From: Cirrosporium novae-zelandiae
Taxonomy: Eukaryota
NCBI GenBank assembly: GCA_026023565.1
Contig: JAPETS010000057.1
Span: forward strand, 62,001-126,000
Reading direction: 5' to 3'
Length of the DNA: 64,000 nt
Positions 1 to 11,688 of the stretch are shown in pieces. A model generated the notes under the pieces. The model had not been told where the DNA came from, did not search any database, and worked only from the letters and a program-made list of their open reading frames with translations. A program made the position numbers and the translations under genes. How positions within the stretch are numbered: position 1 is the stretch's first letter; every line of letters starts with the position of its first letter.

Positions 1-317
1 TGATTAGTGGACTTGACGTGTGGATCATCCGCCAGGTTACCTTCCTCTGCTTCCCCGGACGTTTGATATCACCCACTCGCACAGTAGACCAACATCCTAG
101 TCGTTGGTGGATAATGACGAAGGACCTGATCAGTCGAGATGGCTGCCAGGGAAAGAACTGCCGTAGGTGGCTGTTGGCTGAACTTATTTAAGAGCATCCT
201 CTGTCCCCAGATGAACGTTCTGCAAACAATCTCATTCATCATTTAACAGCTATTTAAATCCGTATTTTTTTCTACAATCACTATACCAACCTATTTCGCA
301 TTACAAGGCAGTTCACA

Positions 318-1884
318 ATGGCAAGCGGCTTACAAAAAGTGAAGCTCGTTTCAAACCCTCACTACAAGGCTTCTGGAATCAAATCCTATGCCTGGCTCTT
401 GAACAAATGGGGATTTAACCCAACCAAACCCGGCCCCTTCGTGCGAGGCAGCCACATTAAACAACAAGGTAAGTTTGGTAAATTCTTGGGGGGGCATGGC
501 ATTGGAGGTCAGTGCAGTCCCCCCGGTGGTGTGGATAATATCCTGATAGCTTGCATCTAGGTCACGCCCACGTCCAGCATAATATCCTGAGGAAAGTCAA
601 CGCAAGCGGAAAAACAGGAGAGGTTTCTGCTGAAGACATCCAGTACGATGCAATGTACCTCTGCCCCGTTTCAATTGGCACACCTGCTCAGACATTGAAC
701 TTGGATTTTGATACTGGCTCCGCCGACCTGTGGGTAAGTAATCGGTCTTGCCCTAAAGAAACTTTGATATTCTCGCAGAGCCATCTCTGAATTTCTTTAC
801 GGAATACTAAAAAATCTTGCCCTACTGTGTGTATAAGGGGAGACGGTGCTAAACAGCGATACTTCTTTTAGTGTTGGTCCACAGAATTACCATCTGCAAC
901 CCAGAAAACTGGCAGCCACAACGTCTATGATCCTTCCAAATCCTCTACCTATAAGAAGCAGACAGGTTCTACCTGGCAAATTTCTTATGGCGACTCATCC
1001 TCTGCATCCGGCACAGTTGGAACGGATAACGTAACCATCGGTGGCCTGACCATCAAGAACCAAGCTGTCGAGCTCGCATCTAAGATGTCCACTCAATTTA
1101 TGCAAAGCGAAGGTGATGGTCTCCTAGGTCTTGCTTTCGGCTCTATCAACACCGTCAAGCCCAAGGCTGTTAAAACGCCTGTGGAGAACATGATTGCACA
1201 GGATGATATTTCCTCGTCTTCGGAGCTTTTCACTTGCAAGCTTGGTTCTTGGCGTGATGCAAATGAGCCTGACAAGGGAGAATCCTTCTATACATTTGGC
1301 TATGTTGATCAAGACACGATGAAGGCGGCCGGTGCCTCCGAGGCTCATTGGGCCCCTGTCGATAATTCTCAGGGATTCTGGATGATCAATTCAACTTCCG
1401 CTGTCGTCAACGGCACAACCACCACTCGCAGTGGAAACACTGCCATCATGGATACAGGCACGACACTTTGCCTTGTCAGCGATGAGCTTTGCGAAGCCAT
1501 CTATAAGGCCATTCCTAATGGAAAGTATGACGAGTCATCACAAGGCTGGGTTTATCCAACAGACACAAAAGTGGCGGACCTCCCAGTTGTTACAGTTGCA
1601 ATCGGTGATAAACAATTTACTATTCAGAAAGAGGACCTCGGCTTCGTTGAAGCCTCATCTGGATGGATCTATGGTGGCATCCAGAGCCGTGGTGATATGA
1701 CTTTTGATATCTTTGTACGTTAATTCCTAGAATCACTTCTGAAGAATATACAACTGACAGACGATAGGGTGACACGGTCCTCAAGGGTATCTATGCCATC
1801 TGGGATGTGGGGAATATGCGTTTCGGCTGCGTTGAACGCCCAGAGAAATACCAGAACATAACCCCTCCTGCTGAGACTTCCTAG
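318..1884 (+). CDS. Pepsin-family (A1) aspartic protease, aspergillopepsin-like, no evident signal peptide; 4 exons
   Basis: Two catalytic motifs, DFDTGSADLW and IMDTGTT, plus WQISYGD and GLLGLAF. Introns at about 509-560, 734-871 and 1715-1768. Last exon reads GDTVLKGIYAIWDVGNMRFGC...ETS*, TAG at 1882-1884. Confidence 0.92.
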
Positions 1885-2335
1885 AGAATACTCGTTCCGA
1901 AATTTTCTGGATAATTTACTCTGCTTCATGATGTCAAGGGTAAATGGCGAAATGTAGTGATGGGCTGGTTTGACTTGGCGATCCAATGACTCGTTGGCTA
2001 TGAGAATATCGGTTGTGTTATGACATTGTTTGTATTAATACATACATAGAAACGAATATTATTAACGTTGCACGGAATAATTTTTGGATGATTCTAAGTG
2101 TTAATTGATTTTATGGTTTCCAGAGATTAATCAGTTTGTTCATGTGGCCACATTTTTATCTCTGAGAATTAGTCTCGGGAATTGAGATTGGGGGTACTTG
2201 GAGATCAGCGATAAGGCTGCTATAGATACTCCTTGTGTGACTTACATATACCTCGGCTTCAAAAATTTACCCATACGCATAATTGTACTGTACGAACCCA
2301 AATCCGTTACAAGGATAATTCGTCAATAGCATACC

Positions 2336-2684
2336 TCAGTTCACAAGCCTATATACGCCCAGCCCAACCAGAGTCGCAGCAACGGAGGCAATCCCGACCT
2401 GTCGACTCTTCATTCCTAGAAGGGATCCGGTTTTCAATATCTTTGCTCGCTGTTGCTGGAGTTGTTGGTTGCCTGATATATAGCTGTAGGCACCAAGGCC
2501 GATGAATGCACTGGCTCCTGGAAGAATATGAAGGAATTGCTCAGTGACTGCTTTTGAGTGTGGTACACAATTGATAGGCGACGGAAGAGAGGAACATCAT
2601 ACCAACAAGCCTACACGGCAGACAATCATCTCCTATATCCTCCTCTGTCGGTGATTTCTCGAGCGTCTCTGGCTGTCGTTGCAT
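2336..2684 (-). CDS. Small membrane protein, DUF4536/DMAC1-like; 2 exons
   Basis: MQRQPETLEK...DDCLPCRLVG, intron 2602-2518 (GTATGA...CTGAG...CCAG), then ASAFIGLGAYSY...GIASVAATLVGLGVYRLVN*. CxxC followed by two hydrophobic helices. An upstream in-frame ATG at 2798 is an alternative start. Confidence 0.7.
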
Positions 2685-3612
2685 CTTAGAAACCCCGGTT
2701 TTATTATTGGATGGAAGGGAGAAGAGTTTGCAGATGGAGCAATCGGACGAGTAAGATTGGTAGAATCTGGATATAGTTTTGGATGTCTCCCCCGTCATCG
2801 CATTGCTAGCGATGGAAGGATTTAGATAAGTGTATATAAAGCTGTTGGCAAGGCGGGGGTTTTTTTGGAGGGGTGGAGCTTTAGGGTGTGGGTTTGAAAG
2901 GTGGAATATTTGAGGTGGATAATTATGCGGTACTGGAGAGCTCTTTAGTCTATGAGCATAATTAGGATAATCATATCAAATGGATTTTGTAGGCTGTTAT
3001 GTACATGTACAGTACAGTACAGTAGACTACCTCGTGGAAATCTTTACCGTTGAGGTCGCACAGAGTTCGATGTCAAGCATTAGACTAGACTAGGACCCGA
3101 AGGAGTTAGGTGTTCGAGTACGGTACAGTACACCAGGACCACTAGCATACAGAACACTCCGTAGACATCGCTTTTGCCATTATAAAAACTTGTTATATTT
3201 TATAAAATCTTTATTGTATTTAAGTTGTTATGGATTGGCTTTGATCATTCGCATCTCAACATTAGCACGTGATGGCGTGTTACTTAGGTCACATGATCCT
3301 TTCACCTAGACTCGGATTCGCCTAGATTTACAACTACCAGATACACAAATACGCAGTCTCTTGTCCTAGTTCCTATAATAGGAAGAACACTAATATCAGT
3401 ATGATAAATCACTGGAGCTCTTACTCAACTTGGTGTTTGTTGCATCCCATGAAAGTTAACTTGCAACTGCACGGATGCAAGAATGTTAGTATTCGAGGAA
3501 GGCACCCTGATCCCGCAGGATAGCCCTATGAATATAAAAGAATGATGGAAGTCGACTACCATGGAGCAGCTGCTGTTCTTAAATATTTCTCTAAATCCAT
3601 CACATAGCCATA

Positions 3613-4135
3613 ATGCTTAAGCAAAGAGTCCTACTTATCGGCACAGATGCAGACCTTGGTCGCTCGATTATTGATGAGCTGCTTGAATGTGGGCAATTTT
3701 TTGTCGGCAAACTTGGGCTTATCAGAAGATTACAAGGGCTGATTGACATTATAGGATATAGTGGCCGCTTTCGTCCCGTCTATAGCAATGGGGCCAAGCG
3801 GTTCAAGGCTCATGGAGCGAGGTGTGAAGGTCTATGCTGCTGGTATTGATGACCCCTTGGAGACTCTTGTTATGGCGCTTTCAGGAGTCGATGTCGTGAT
3901 TAGTACCGGACTTCACTGCATTCAAGGACAAATCAATTTGGTCAATGCAGCAGCGATCGCTGGTGTCAAACGATTTGTACCATGTTTATATAGCGACTTT
4001 AGGTTTCAGCTGACGAACAAGCTAGGTTAATTGAGGAGTATAAAAAACTCCACGCAGATGAGTTCCCAAATCGGATGTACCGTTGCACGCTCAACCTCTT
4101 GCAGTTGAAATATAGCATGTTTATCCTAAGTTTAG
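3613..4135 (+). pseudogene. Truncated NmrA-like / isoflavone-reductase-family gene relic
   Basis: MLKQRVLLIGTDADLGRSII (degenerate GxxGxxG), probable intron 3703-3754, then LSGVDVVIS...QINLVNAAAIAGVKRFVPC and a stop at 4030 after about 120 aa; the family is normally about 300 aa. Confidence 0.6.
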
Positions 4136-4509
4136 GCCGTATCGTTTCTACGATTTCCTACTTGAAAAGATGATAAAGTTCTATTTTCCACAAATTTATA
4201 ATTAGATCCCCAGCACCGATTGTCCTCACCCTCACAGCTGTAAGACTTGGATGCTGTTTGCGATGTAGGCGACGTGTGACAATGAACGGGAGTATTAAGG
4301 CAGGGCGTTAAGTTTAACTAATTGTATTAGCCAAGTCAAAATATCACAATGTTTGCTTATACCTAATATCCTTTATAAACCGGGGCTGAGATCAAGTATT
4401 TATACACATAACTGGGTACATAGCTCGCAACTTGAATTTCAACTTTACTGTGGTAATTATTATTCATATAAAAGCGGTTACTAGACGCCTTACCCGTCTA
4501 CGTAGTAGG

Positions 4510-4844
4510 TGTAAGGGATTAATAAGACCTTGCAACCACAGATGGCGGTTATTTGTTTTTCCGAGCCGCGCCAAGCCGCGCCCAGGGAAATCTCCTATAT
4601 CTGCAGTCTCCCACTATACGGACTCTCTAGTATCATTCTACTGCATAAACTCTACCCTTGCTACTGTCTCCTCCCTAGCTCTCTTTGCTCACGTAGCTAA
4701 CTCCCTAGCCCGCAGAGAAGTTTTACGCTAGGTTATGGGGAGGGCAAAACATCACAATGATCGACCTCTGGCTAACCCAGGGCCCATTCGAGGGGCCCTA
4801 GGAAGGAGTACCTAGCGTTAAACGAACTAAGCTCTAGCCTTACA
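4510..4844. mobile_element. Candidate solo LTR (335 bp)
   Basis: Bounded by perfect 7-bp inverted ends TGTAAGG (4510) and CCTTACA (4844); non-coding interior rich in TA/CTAG. No clean target-site duplication (GTAGG versus AGTCG). Confidence 0.45.
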
Positions 4845-5360
4845 AGTCGAATTAACATTTAAATTTAAGTAGATTCACGTGTATACTCGCCGTTATTGCT
4901 TGGCTTGTATTATCTTTTATTGCTGCTTAAGCACGACAAACATTCAGGCCGAAACCCCTGGCTGGTGACCAAACGCTCTCTCGAAGGAGGCAAATTTATC
5001 TGTTTTCTTTTATTTATGTCTACGGGTACTTGGATTTTGACCACCTTGTGGGCGCTTCGTGATCTTAACGACAAATCTGCGGCCATTAACGGGAGGGAGC
5101 TAAAGCATGTCTTACCGCCAAGCCTGAATACGCGTATTTTGATGATGGGCTTGTTAACCCGTTGCTGCTGCTGCTCTCGAGGCTTCTGCATAATTAGGTG
5201 GAGTCACTTCGTGCTGATCTAAAATTCGAAGTTATAAAATGACTACAGTATGGAGAAACGAAAGCGTAAAATTTATATCTTCCTTCTATGACTTTATCCT
5301 CCTGCCAGCGTTATCTTTTACTGCGAGCGTGCAGCTCTTCTTATAGTATTCAAGCGCATC

Positions 5361-8316
5361 ATGGACAACACTGCTAGATATATGCAGGATCTACCTCCGA
5401 GTTACGAAGCGCATGTCATACCAATGGGATCGGAAGGGGGGATCATAGAGGGGGGCGGTGATGGCCGAGTCGAAATCAATCTAGACGACAAGGTCGCCCG
5501 AGTGCTCTCTACGCTGGTCGAAGTGCTTCCCGAGGAGCCAAGTCCCGCGCAAACGCCGCCAGCTACACGTCGTGAGAACTGGACCGTACTCTTGAATATT
5601 GTTATACAGGTGGTCGGTAGTAGAGGCGATGTTCAACCTTTCATTGCGATGGGCAATGAGCTGCGTCGATATGGGCATCGAGTTCGCCTAGCAACTCACG
5701 ATGTTTTCAAAGACTTTGTTCAGAACTCTGGTTTGGAATTTTATCCCATTGGAGGTGATCCGGTAGAGCTAATGGCCGTGAGTCCATCGATGATCACTCT
5801 ATGGCAAGCTAAACTTACAGGTCTATAGTATATGGTCAAAAATCCCGGACTAATACCTGACATTAAATCGCTTCAGAATGGTGAAATTCAAAAGAAGCGC
5901 AAAATGATAAGAGAAATGCTCGAAGGATGCTGGAAATCGTGTATTTTACCAGACCCGGATTCCCAAGTACCGTTTGTCGCCAACGCGATTATCGCCAACC
6001 CACCCAGTTTTGCTCATATCCACTGTGCTCAAGCATTAGGAATACCGGTGCATCTTATTTTTACAATGCCATGGAGTCCTACTAGAGCATTTCCACATCC
6101 GTTAGCCAACATTAAACGCTCAGTGCTGGAGCCACGGTTGGCTAACTATCTGTCTTATGGACTCGTGCAATACCTTACCTGGCAAGGGTTAACATACTGT
6201 CCCCCATTATAGCATGTACCTACTTACTTTTGGTATAGGCTGTGTGACGTGATTAACAATTGGAGGAAGACGCTTGATCTTGAACCAGTCCCTTTCACCG
6301 AGGGTCCATTTCTTCCCGAGACGTTGAAAATACCTTACACTTATTGTTGGTCTCCGGCACTTGTTCCCAAACCTCTCGACTGGCCTCAGCATATAGGTGA
6401 GAACGGCTCCTAACTCTATAGCAATCATTAGACTAAATCTCACAGATATATGCGGCTTTTTCTTTCGCCAACCGCCTCAGTATTCACCCCCGCCAGAACT
6501 TGATGCATTTCTGAAGGCTGGGCCACCACCAATCTATATAGGGTTCGGGAGTATTGTAATTGATGATCCTATTAGCACAACTAACACGCTATTGGAGGCT
6601 GTCAAGGCTTGCGGCGTCCGGGCCATAATTGCCGCAGGTTGGAGTGGCCTTGGACAGGATGCAAATATCGATGGGGTTTTCTTTCTTCGGGAAGACTGTC
6701 CGCATGGTGAGATGAAGCTATGATTCTAACCTGTGACCGTGCTGATTTGATAGAGTGGTTGTTTCAGCAGGTCGCAGCTGTGGTCCACCATGGAGGTGCT
6801 GGAACGACTGCGTGCGGTTTGCAGAACGGAAAGCCAACGACCATTGTGCCTTTTTTCGGAGAGTAAGTGCGCCAACCCATGGTCTACAACGAGCTTACTG
6901 AGATTACCAGTCAGCCATTTTGGGGTAACATGGTGGCTACAACTGGGGCTGGTCCACGCCCGATTACTTTCCGAAGTCTAAATAGCCATAAACTTAGTGA
7001 AGCCATTCGCTTTTGCCTTAGCAAGGAAGCCTCTCTGGCAGCAACAGACGTTGCACGGCGCATGAGTGTTGAGAACGGCGCTGAGACAGCTGTTGCGTCG
7101 TTCCACCGAAACATGTCGTTGGCTGCAATGTCCTGCGACTTGCTACCGCAGCTTCCGGCCGTCTGGTCTTATACACGTTCAAGGAAGTCAATAAAACTCT
7201 CGGGACTTGCAGCCGAGATTCTGATTAAAGAAAGAAAAATCAACCCAAAACATCTCAAAATGTAGCTATTTTCTTAGCGACAAAGACAAGCTGTACGCGT
7301 AAATACTGATTTTTCGTCTGAACAGATACGAGCCGAGTCCGATATATATCGAAAATCGCCGCTGGGACCCCGTGACCAGTTCTTCATCCGCCGCAATTGG
7401 AATGTTCTCCGATTGTGCGGATGCTATGAATGATATCTGGAAACGACCACATGAGATTCATAAAAGCCAGAAGGAGTCGAAAAACCAGGGCGAAGGTTCT
7501 GGCAAAAGAATCGCAGCCATGGTTGGTGCGTCGGCGATGAGCATCTCAAAGATGTACGGTGTCGCCTTGAGAGGGGCACTCATCGACATGCCACTTGCAC
7601 TCACCGAGGGTCTTCGAGCCACTCCAAAGTTGTATGGCGAGACGGTGACTGAGCATAATGCTGTTGTGGATTGGAAAAGTGGAGGAATTGTCGGCGCTAA
7701 GGTGAGAGAAACTCTTAGTCCCTAGCAAAGGTCTAAATCAAGATTGAAAATGCCTTCGTTGGTCTATATAAAACTTATAAGTTGTTCCTAGACATTCTCC
7801 GAAAATCTTTGGGGTGGTATTTCAGACCTTGTTGTTCAGCCGTCAGCGGGTTTAAAAGAAGCGGGGGCTGCTGGACTTGGCAAAGGAATCGGTAAGGGAA
7901 TACTGGGTGCAACGACAAAGACTACTGCCGGTGAGTTTGTCCTCTAATTATAGCTTTTTGATCTACCTCGTTCCTCTTTTTCGTCTCTATCTCCTATTTC
8001 ACATCACATCAGTATTAAATCTTGTTACCCTGAAAAATTTTTTTATTACTTCCTCTTCCTTCCTTCATAAAGTGCAAACAAATAATTAGTTACTAACTCA
8101 TTTGCCCCCCAACAAAAAACAGCATTTACAGGACTTGTCGCCTACCCTGCCCAAGGCGTCTACAAGAGCCTTCATGATGCAAGGCATTCCGATATACGAA
8201 AAGCTATCATAAGCGAGAGAAGGGCGATGGATCAATATTTTGTACAGAAGATGGAAAGTCGAGAGGTCTACACCGCATATGTCCTTGAGGCATTTGAGGA
8301 TTTGCTGCTTTTATGA
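5361..8316 (+). CDS. GT1 UDP-glucose:sterol glucosyltransferase-like protein (no PH/GRAM domains); multi-exon
   Basis: [50 protein letters not shown]...[13 protein letters not shown] and PFFG-QPFWG (UDPGT signature). Several GT-AG introns; last exon ends FEDLLLL* with TGA at 8314-8316. Confidence 0.9.
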
Positions 8317-8396
8317 TTTAAAGGTTGGGTTTATATATGGTAAGGGTTGTTGGGATAAATAGAATGTATTGATTGGGATTTGCGTTTGAACTTGCG

Positions 8397-8570
8397 ATCG
8401 AGGCTTTGATTGAGGCTTTGACTAAAGCTTCTACTGAGGCTTCTACTGGAGCTCGCACTGTGGTTTCTATCAAGGTTTGCACTGAGGCTTCTGACAGAGA
8501 CTTCTACTAAGTTTCTAACTCAGGCTTGCACTGAAGCTCTGACTGAAATTTGCATTGAGGTTTTAATTGA
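8397..8570. repeat. Degenerate 12-bp minisatellite, about 14 units, consensus near ACTGAGGCTT(CT/GC/TG)
   Basis: Units read directly: atcgaggctttg/attgaggctttg/actaaagcttct/actgaggcttct/actggagctcgc/actgtggtttct/atcaaggtttgc/actgaggcttctg/acagagacttct/actaagtttcta/actcaggcttgc/actgaagctctg/actgaaatttgc/attgaggtttta. Confidence 0.85.
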
Positions 8571-8878
8571 TACCAACAGTATTATTGATTGAAAGCACAG
8601 TGGAAGGTTTGTATCTGATTAGTCCACCCTTAACATGGGTTTAATTACATGTTTGCCTGTCTGCCTGCCCTGATTTAGAGTGGAGTGTTAATCAATGCCT
8701 ATCTAACTCCAACTCCAACTGCAGATGCTTGCTGCCGCGTGGGTTGTGTGATTGCGCTTAGAAGGCTTATGCGCCAACCTTTTGATGTCTGTCATCCCTC
8801 GGTCGTCAGCTTCTATCTTCTATTCCCACAATCCTCCACCTCCAACAATTTCAACTCGTTTTGCTCCAAACATCGAAA

Positions 8879-10490
8879 TCAAGTAGAACAATAGAACCCA
8901 TCTACAGATGTCGAGTTACCTCCATTATAATGTGCTCTTTGCGGATAAGGACAAAGAATCCTATGATTCTGCACCCCGTTTGAAGCAGTGAAGCTGGCGG
9001 TTAGATTTTCTGGCGCGATACCCGACTCAACCCACTTGACCAAGTTGTTGAAAAGGCTATAGGGGTATGGGCCTGAGCCGCCGTAACAGTGCGCGAGTCC
9101 GGGAGATTCGAAGAGCCGGTAGTAGCTGTGTACGTCTGGGTCTAGGGCCTTGACGGATTCATAATAGTGACTTGAACCTCCGGTTGGGATGATACCGTCG
9201 GCCTTGTTTAATAGTTAGCATTGAAAGGGGTTAGGCAGAGACATGATGATAACAATGACTTACCAAGCCATGGTAGGTGAGCATCTTACCCCCTGCGTCG
9301 CGGAACTCGGAGAGATCTGGATCGGCTGTGCCAATGATGGATGCGAATTGTTGGACCGAAGTATGAAAGATGTGATCGAAGTCCTGATGCGTCATGTTAG
9401 AAAAGTCGAACTTGGGGTTTTTCTCGACAAAAAGTCGAATCCAGTTCGAGGAAATATTGAAGGGTTGACCAATACATGTGCCATTCGTGGAGCATTCCGT
9501 GTTGGCGACTGCGGTGTCAGCGGTTAGAGTGGTGTCGTAACCCATGCCGTACCAAAGCTGGGTGCCGTTTGATGATTGCGCTCCTGTCCATGTAGCGTTT
9601 GCCACGGCCGCTGCAGCTGTGGAAATCTGCATCTCGAGGCCAGTGCCGGTGCAATTGATAGTGGTACCAACAAGAGTATAGGGATCAAAATAGCACGATT
9701 CGGGGTCGGAGATGAGACCATCGGTAAGGCCATCATTACCATCGCAGGCTAATACCGCGGCATCAGTGAGGGCAGTTAACTCACATGAACGGGGGTATTC
9801 TCCAAGGAGAGTCATGATGAGCTGAGCCCAGTAGTCACCAACAAGGACTTCAGACCAGTTGATGCCCGGAGCTGAAGCCGCGATACCATCATATGCCGTC
9901 GGATATCTTTGTGCAAGCATCATTCCCTGGCGACCACCTTGCGAACAGCCACTCCAGTATGAATACTTAGGGGGCTGTCCGTAGAAGCTCCGGGCGATCT
10001 TTTTGCCGATAATTGCTGCATCGTTGAGAGACACAGAAGCGAAATCCTGGAGGAGATAGAGGTTCACATTACCAGGACTCACGAGCGCCCAGTCAAAAGG
10101 ATCATCCGTAGTATGCCCCCCATTGGTTGTGACCGCCATGTATCCTTCACCCACTGCTCCAGTCATTGCCATCCATGATGAGAAATAATTTCCAGCCACC
10201 CAACCGCCACCACCAATCCCCTGCATCCGTTCATTCCATTCGTCGACTGGTAACCATACCATCACATTAACGGTATCATTCTGTCCAGGATGCGTATAGG
10301 CAAGGGTAACATTGCAGAAGCTGACATTTTCCACGTTGATTGATGCGTGGTTTATATAATATCCTTCATGGACGTAACCTGAGTAGTTGGAGACCAATGA
10401 AGCTTGGAGGGAAGAGAATTCGGCACCAAAAACGGTCGGATACGGTATCGATTGTGCAGAGCACATGGAAGTTGACACAGAAAGCGCCAT
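8879..10490 (-). CDS. Tannase / feruloyl esterase family hydrolase; 2 exons
   Basis: GIGGGG, nucleophile motif WSGCSQGGRQG, GGKMLTYHGL|ADGII across an intron at about 9205-9263, PGLAHCYGG (CS-D-HC catalytic arrangement), and RILCPYP near the C-terminus. Confidence 0.92.
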
Positions 10491-10707
10491 AGTGATATGA
10501 AACGATTTAAGAGCGTGATGGACTTATTGATGCTGGTTAAGAAAGCCTTTATAGAACCAGCAGAGGTGCTCCCAAGACATGAAGACGCCGTACCAATTGA
10601 CAATTGCAAAACATGTCTGGCATGGCTAATTTTCTTGTCGAATACTTGGATTATCCTAACTACTTCTTTGGTGATTGAATACTTTGACGCAGATAAATAG
10701 GTAAAGC

Positions 10708-10735
10708 TAACAGATACGCGTATCCGTATCTGTTA
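10708..10735. promoter_or_regulatory. Perfect 11-bp inverted repeat overlapping the palindrome GATACGCGTATC, upstream of the tannase gene
   Basis: TAACAGATACG-cgtatc-CGTATCTGTTA read directly; a regulatory role is inferred only from its position. Confidence 0.4.
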
Positions 10736-11688
10736 AGTCGTACACTTGGCAGCGAGAAAGGTGACCTTGAAATGAATCATTTTGATATTCTTTTCTTTAC
10801 TTACACTAGCCATGATTACTGTTTTGTTTTTAAAAAAAAATCCTTTAAAAATTATAGCAATCGTGTTGTATACTATATGACAGGACGTATAATTTTGGGA
10901 AAGAATATTATCAACTGCGGTAGTGTTAAGGTATGCTAAGCTTCGGTAAGGCGGCTACGCTTCTGATGCGAAACGCGCGGCAATATTATAATTTATAACT
11001 GGTGTGGATATGATGATGAGGATTATGTGACATAGTCACGTGTATCGATGCCTGAGACATACACTATTTAAGGGTCCGTGCATACGCGGAAAGACAACGA
11101 CACTAGTCTAACGCACGTACCAGAAACTAATTTACGCGGATAAAATAAGGTTACGCGTATTCGGTTCGTTGCACATCGGAGATGCTAATGTTTTAACACG
11201 GGAGAATATCAATATTCTTGCCACCGTTGCCAACCATGGTACTTAGGCCTACTAATTCTGCTTTTGTCTTTGAAGCAATCGCTAACGCATTAGTAGAACC
11301 ATGCATTCCACAAGATGTGGCCAATGGACAATTGCTGTATCGTCCTCAGGATTCATCCGCGTATTACAGCTAGTAGCAGCCCTCTAGTAGACGGCCAGAA
11401 AAGTCTTATACGAATGCCACTCATTTCGTCTCTTTATGATTGCTTTTATATCGACGAGCCCTCAACCTTACGTCTCTCATTCATTCATATTCTCCACTAC
11501 TTGATAGTTTCAACCCTCCTCCCTTTTTTTTTTTATTCTTATCCCGTGCCTTTTTGGGCACCTTTTTCTATTTACTGGTCTTCAGTCAACCCTTAAATAT
11601 ACCTACGAGGCGCACCAATAAGCCCCCTTTTCTATCAGTTATCACCTTGTCATTAAATCTATATGCAAGAAATCCTATCTCCCTTCCA

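Noticed and set aside
5361..8316. Calling the GT1 gene ATG26/UGT51
   Set aside because: It lacks the long N-terminal PH/GRAM region of Atg26, so it is more likely a paralogous subfamily.
8397..8570. CRISPR-like array
   Set aside because: Units are contiguous 12-mers with no unique spacers, there are no cas genes, and the DNA is eukaryotic.
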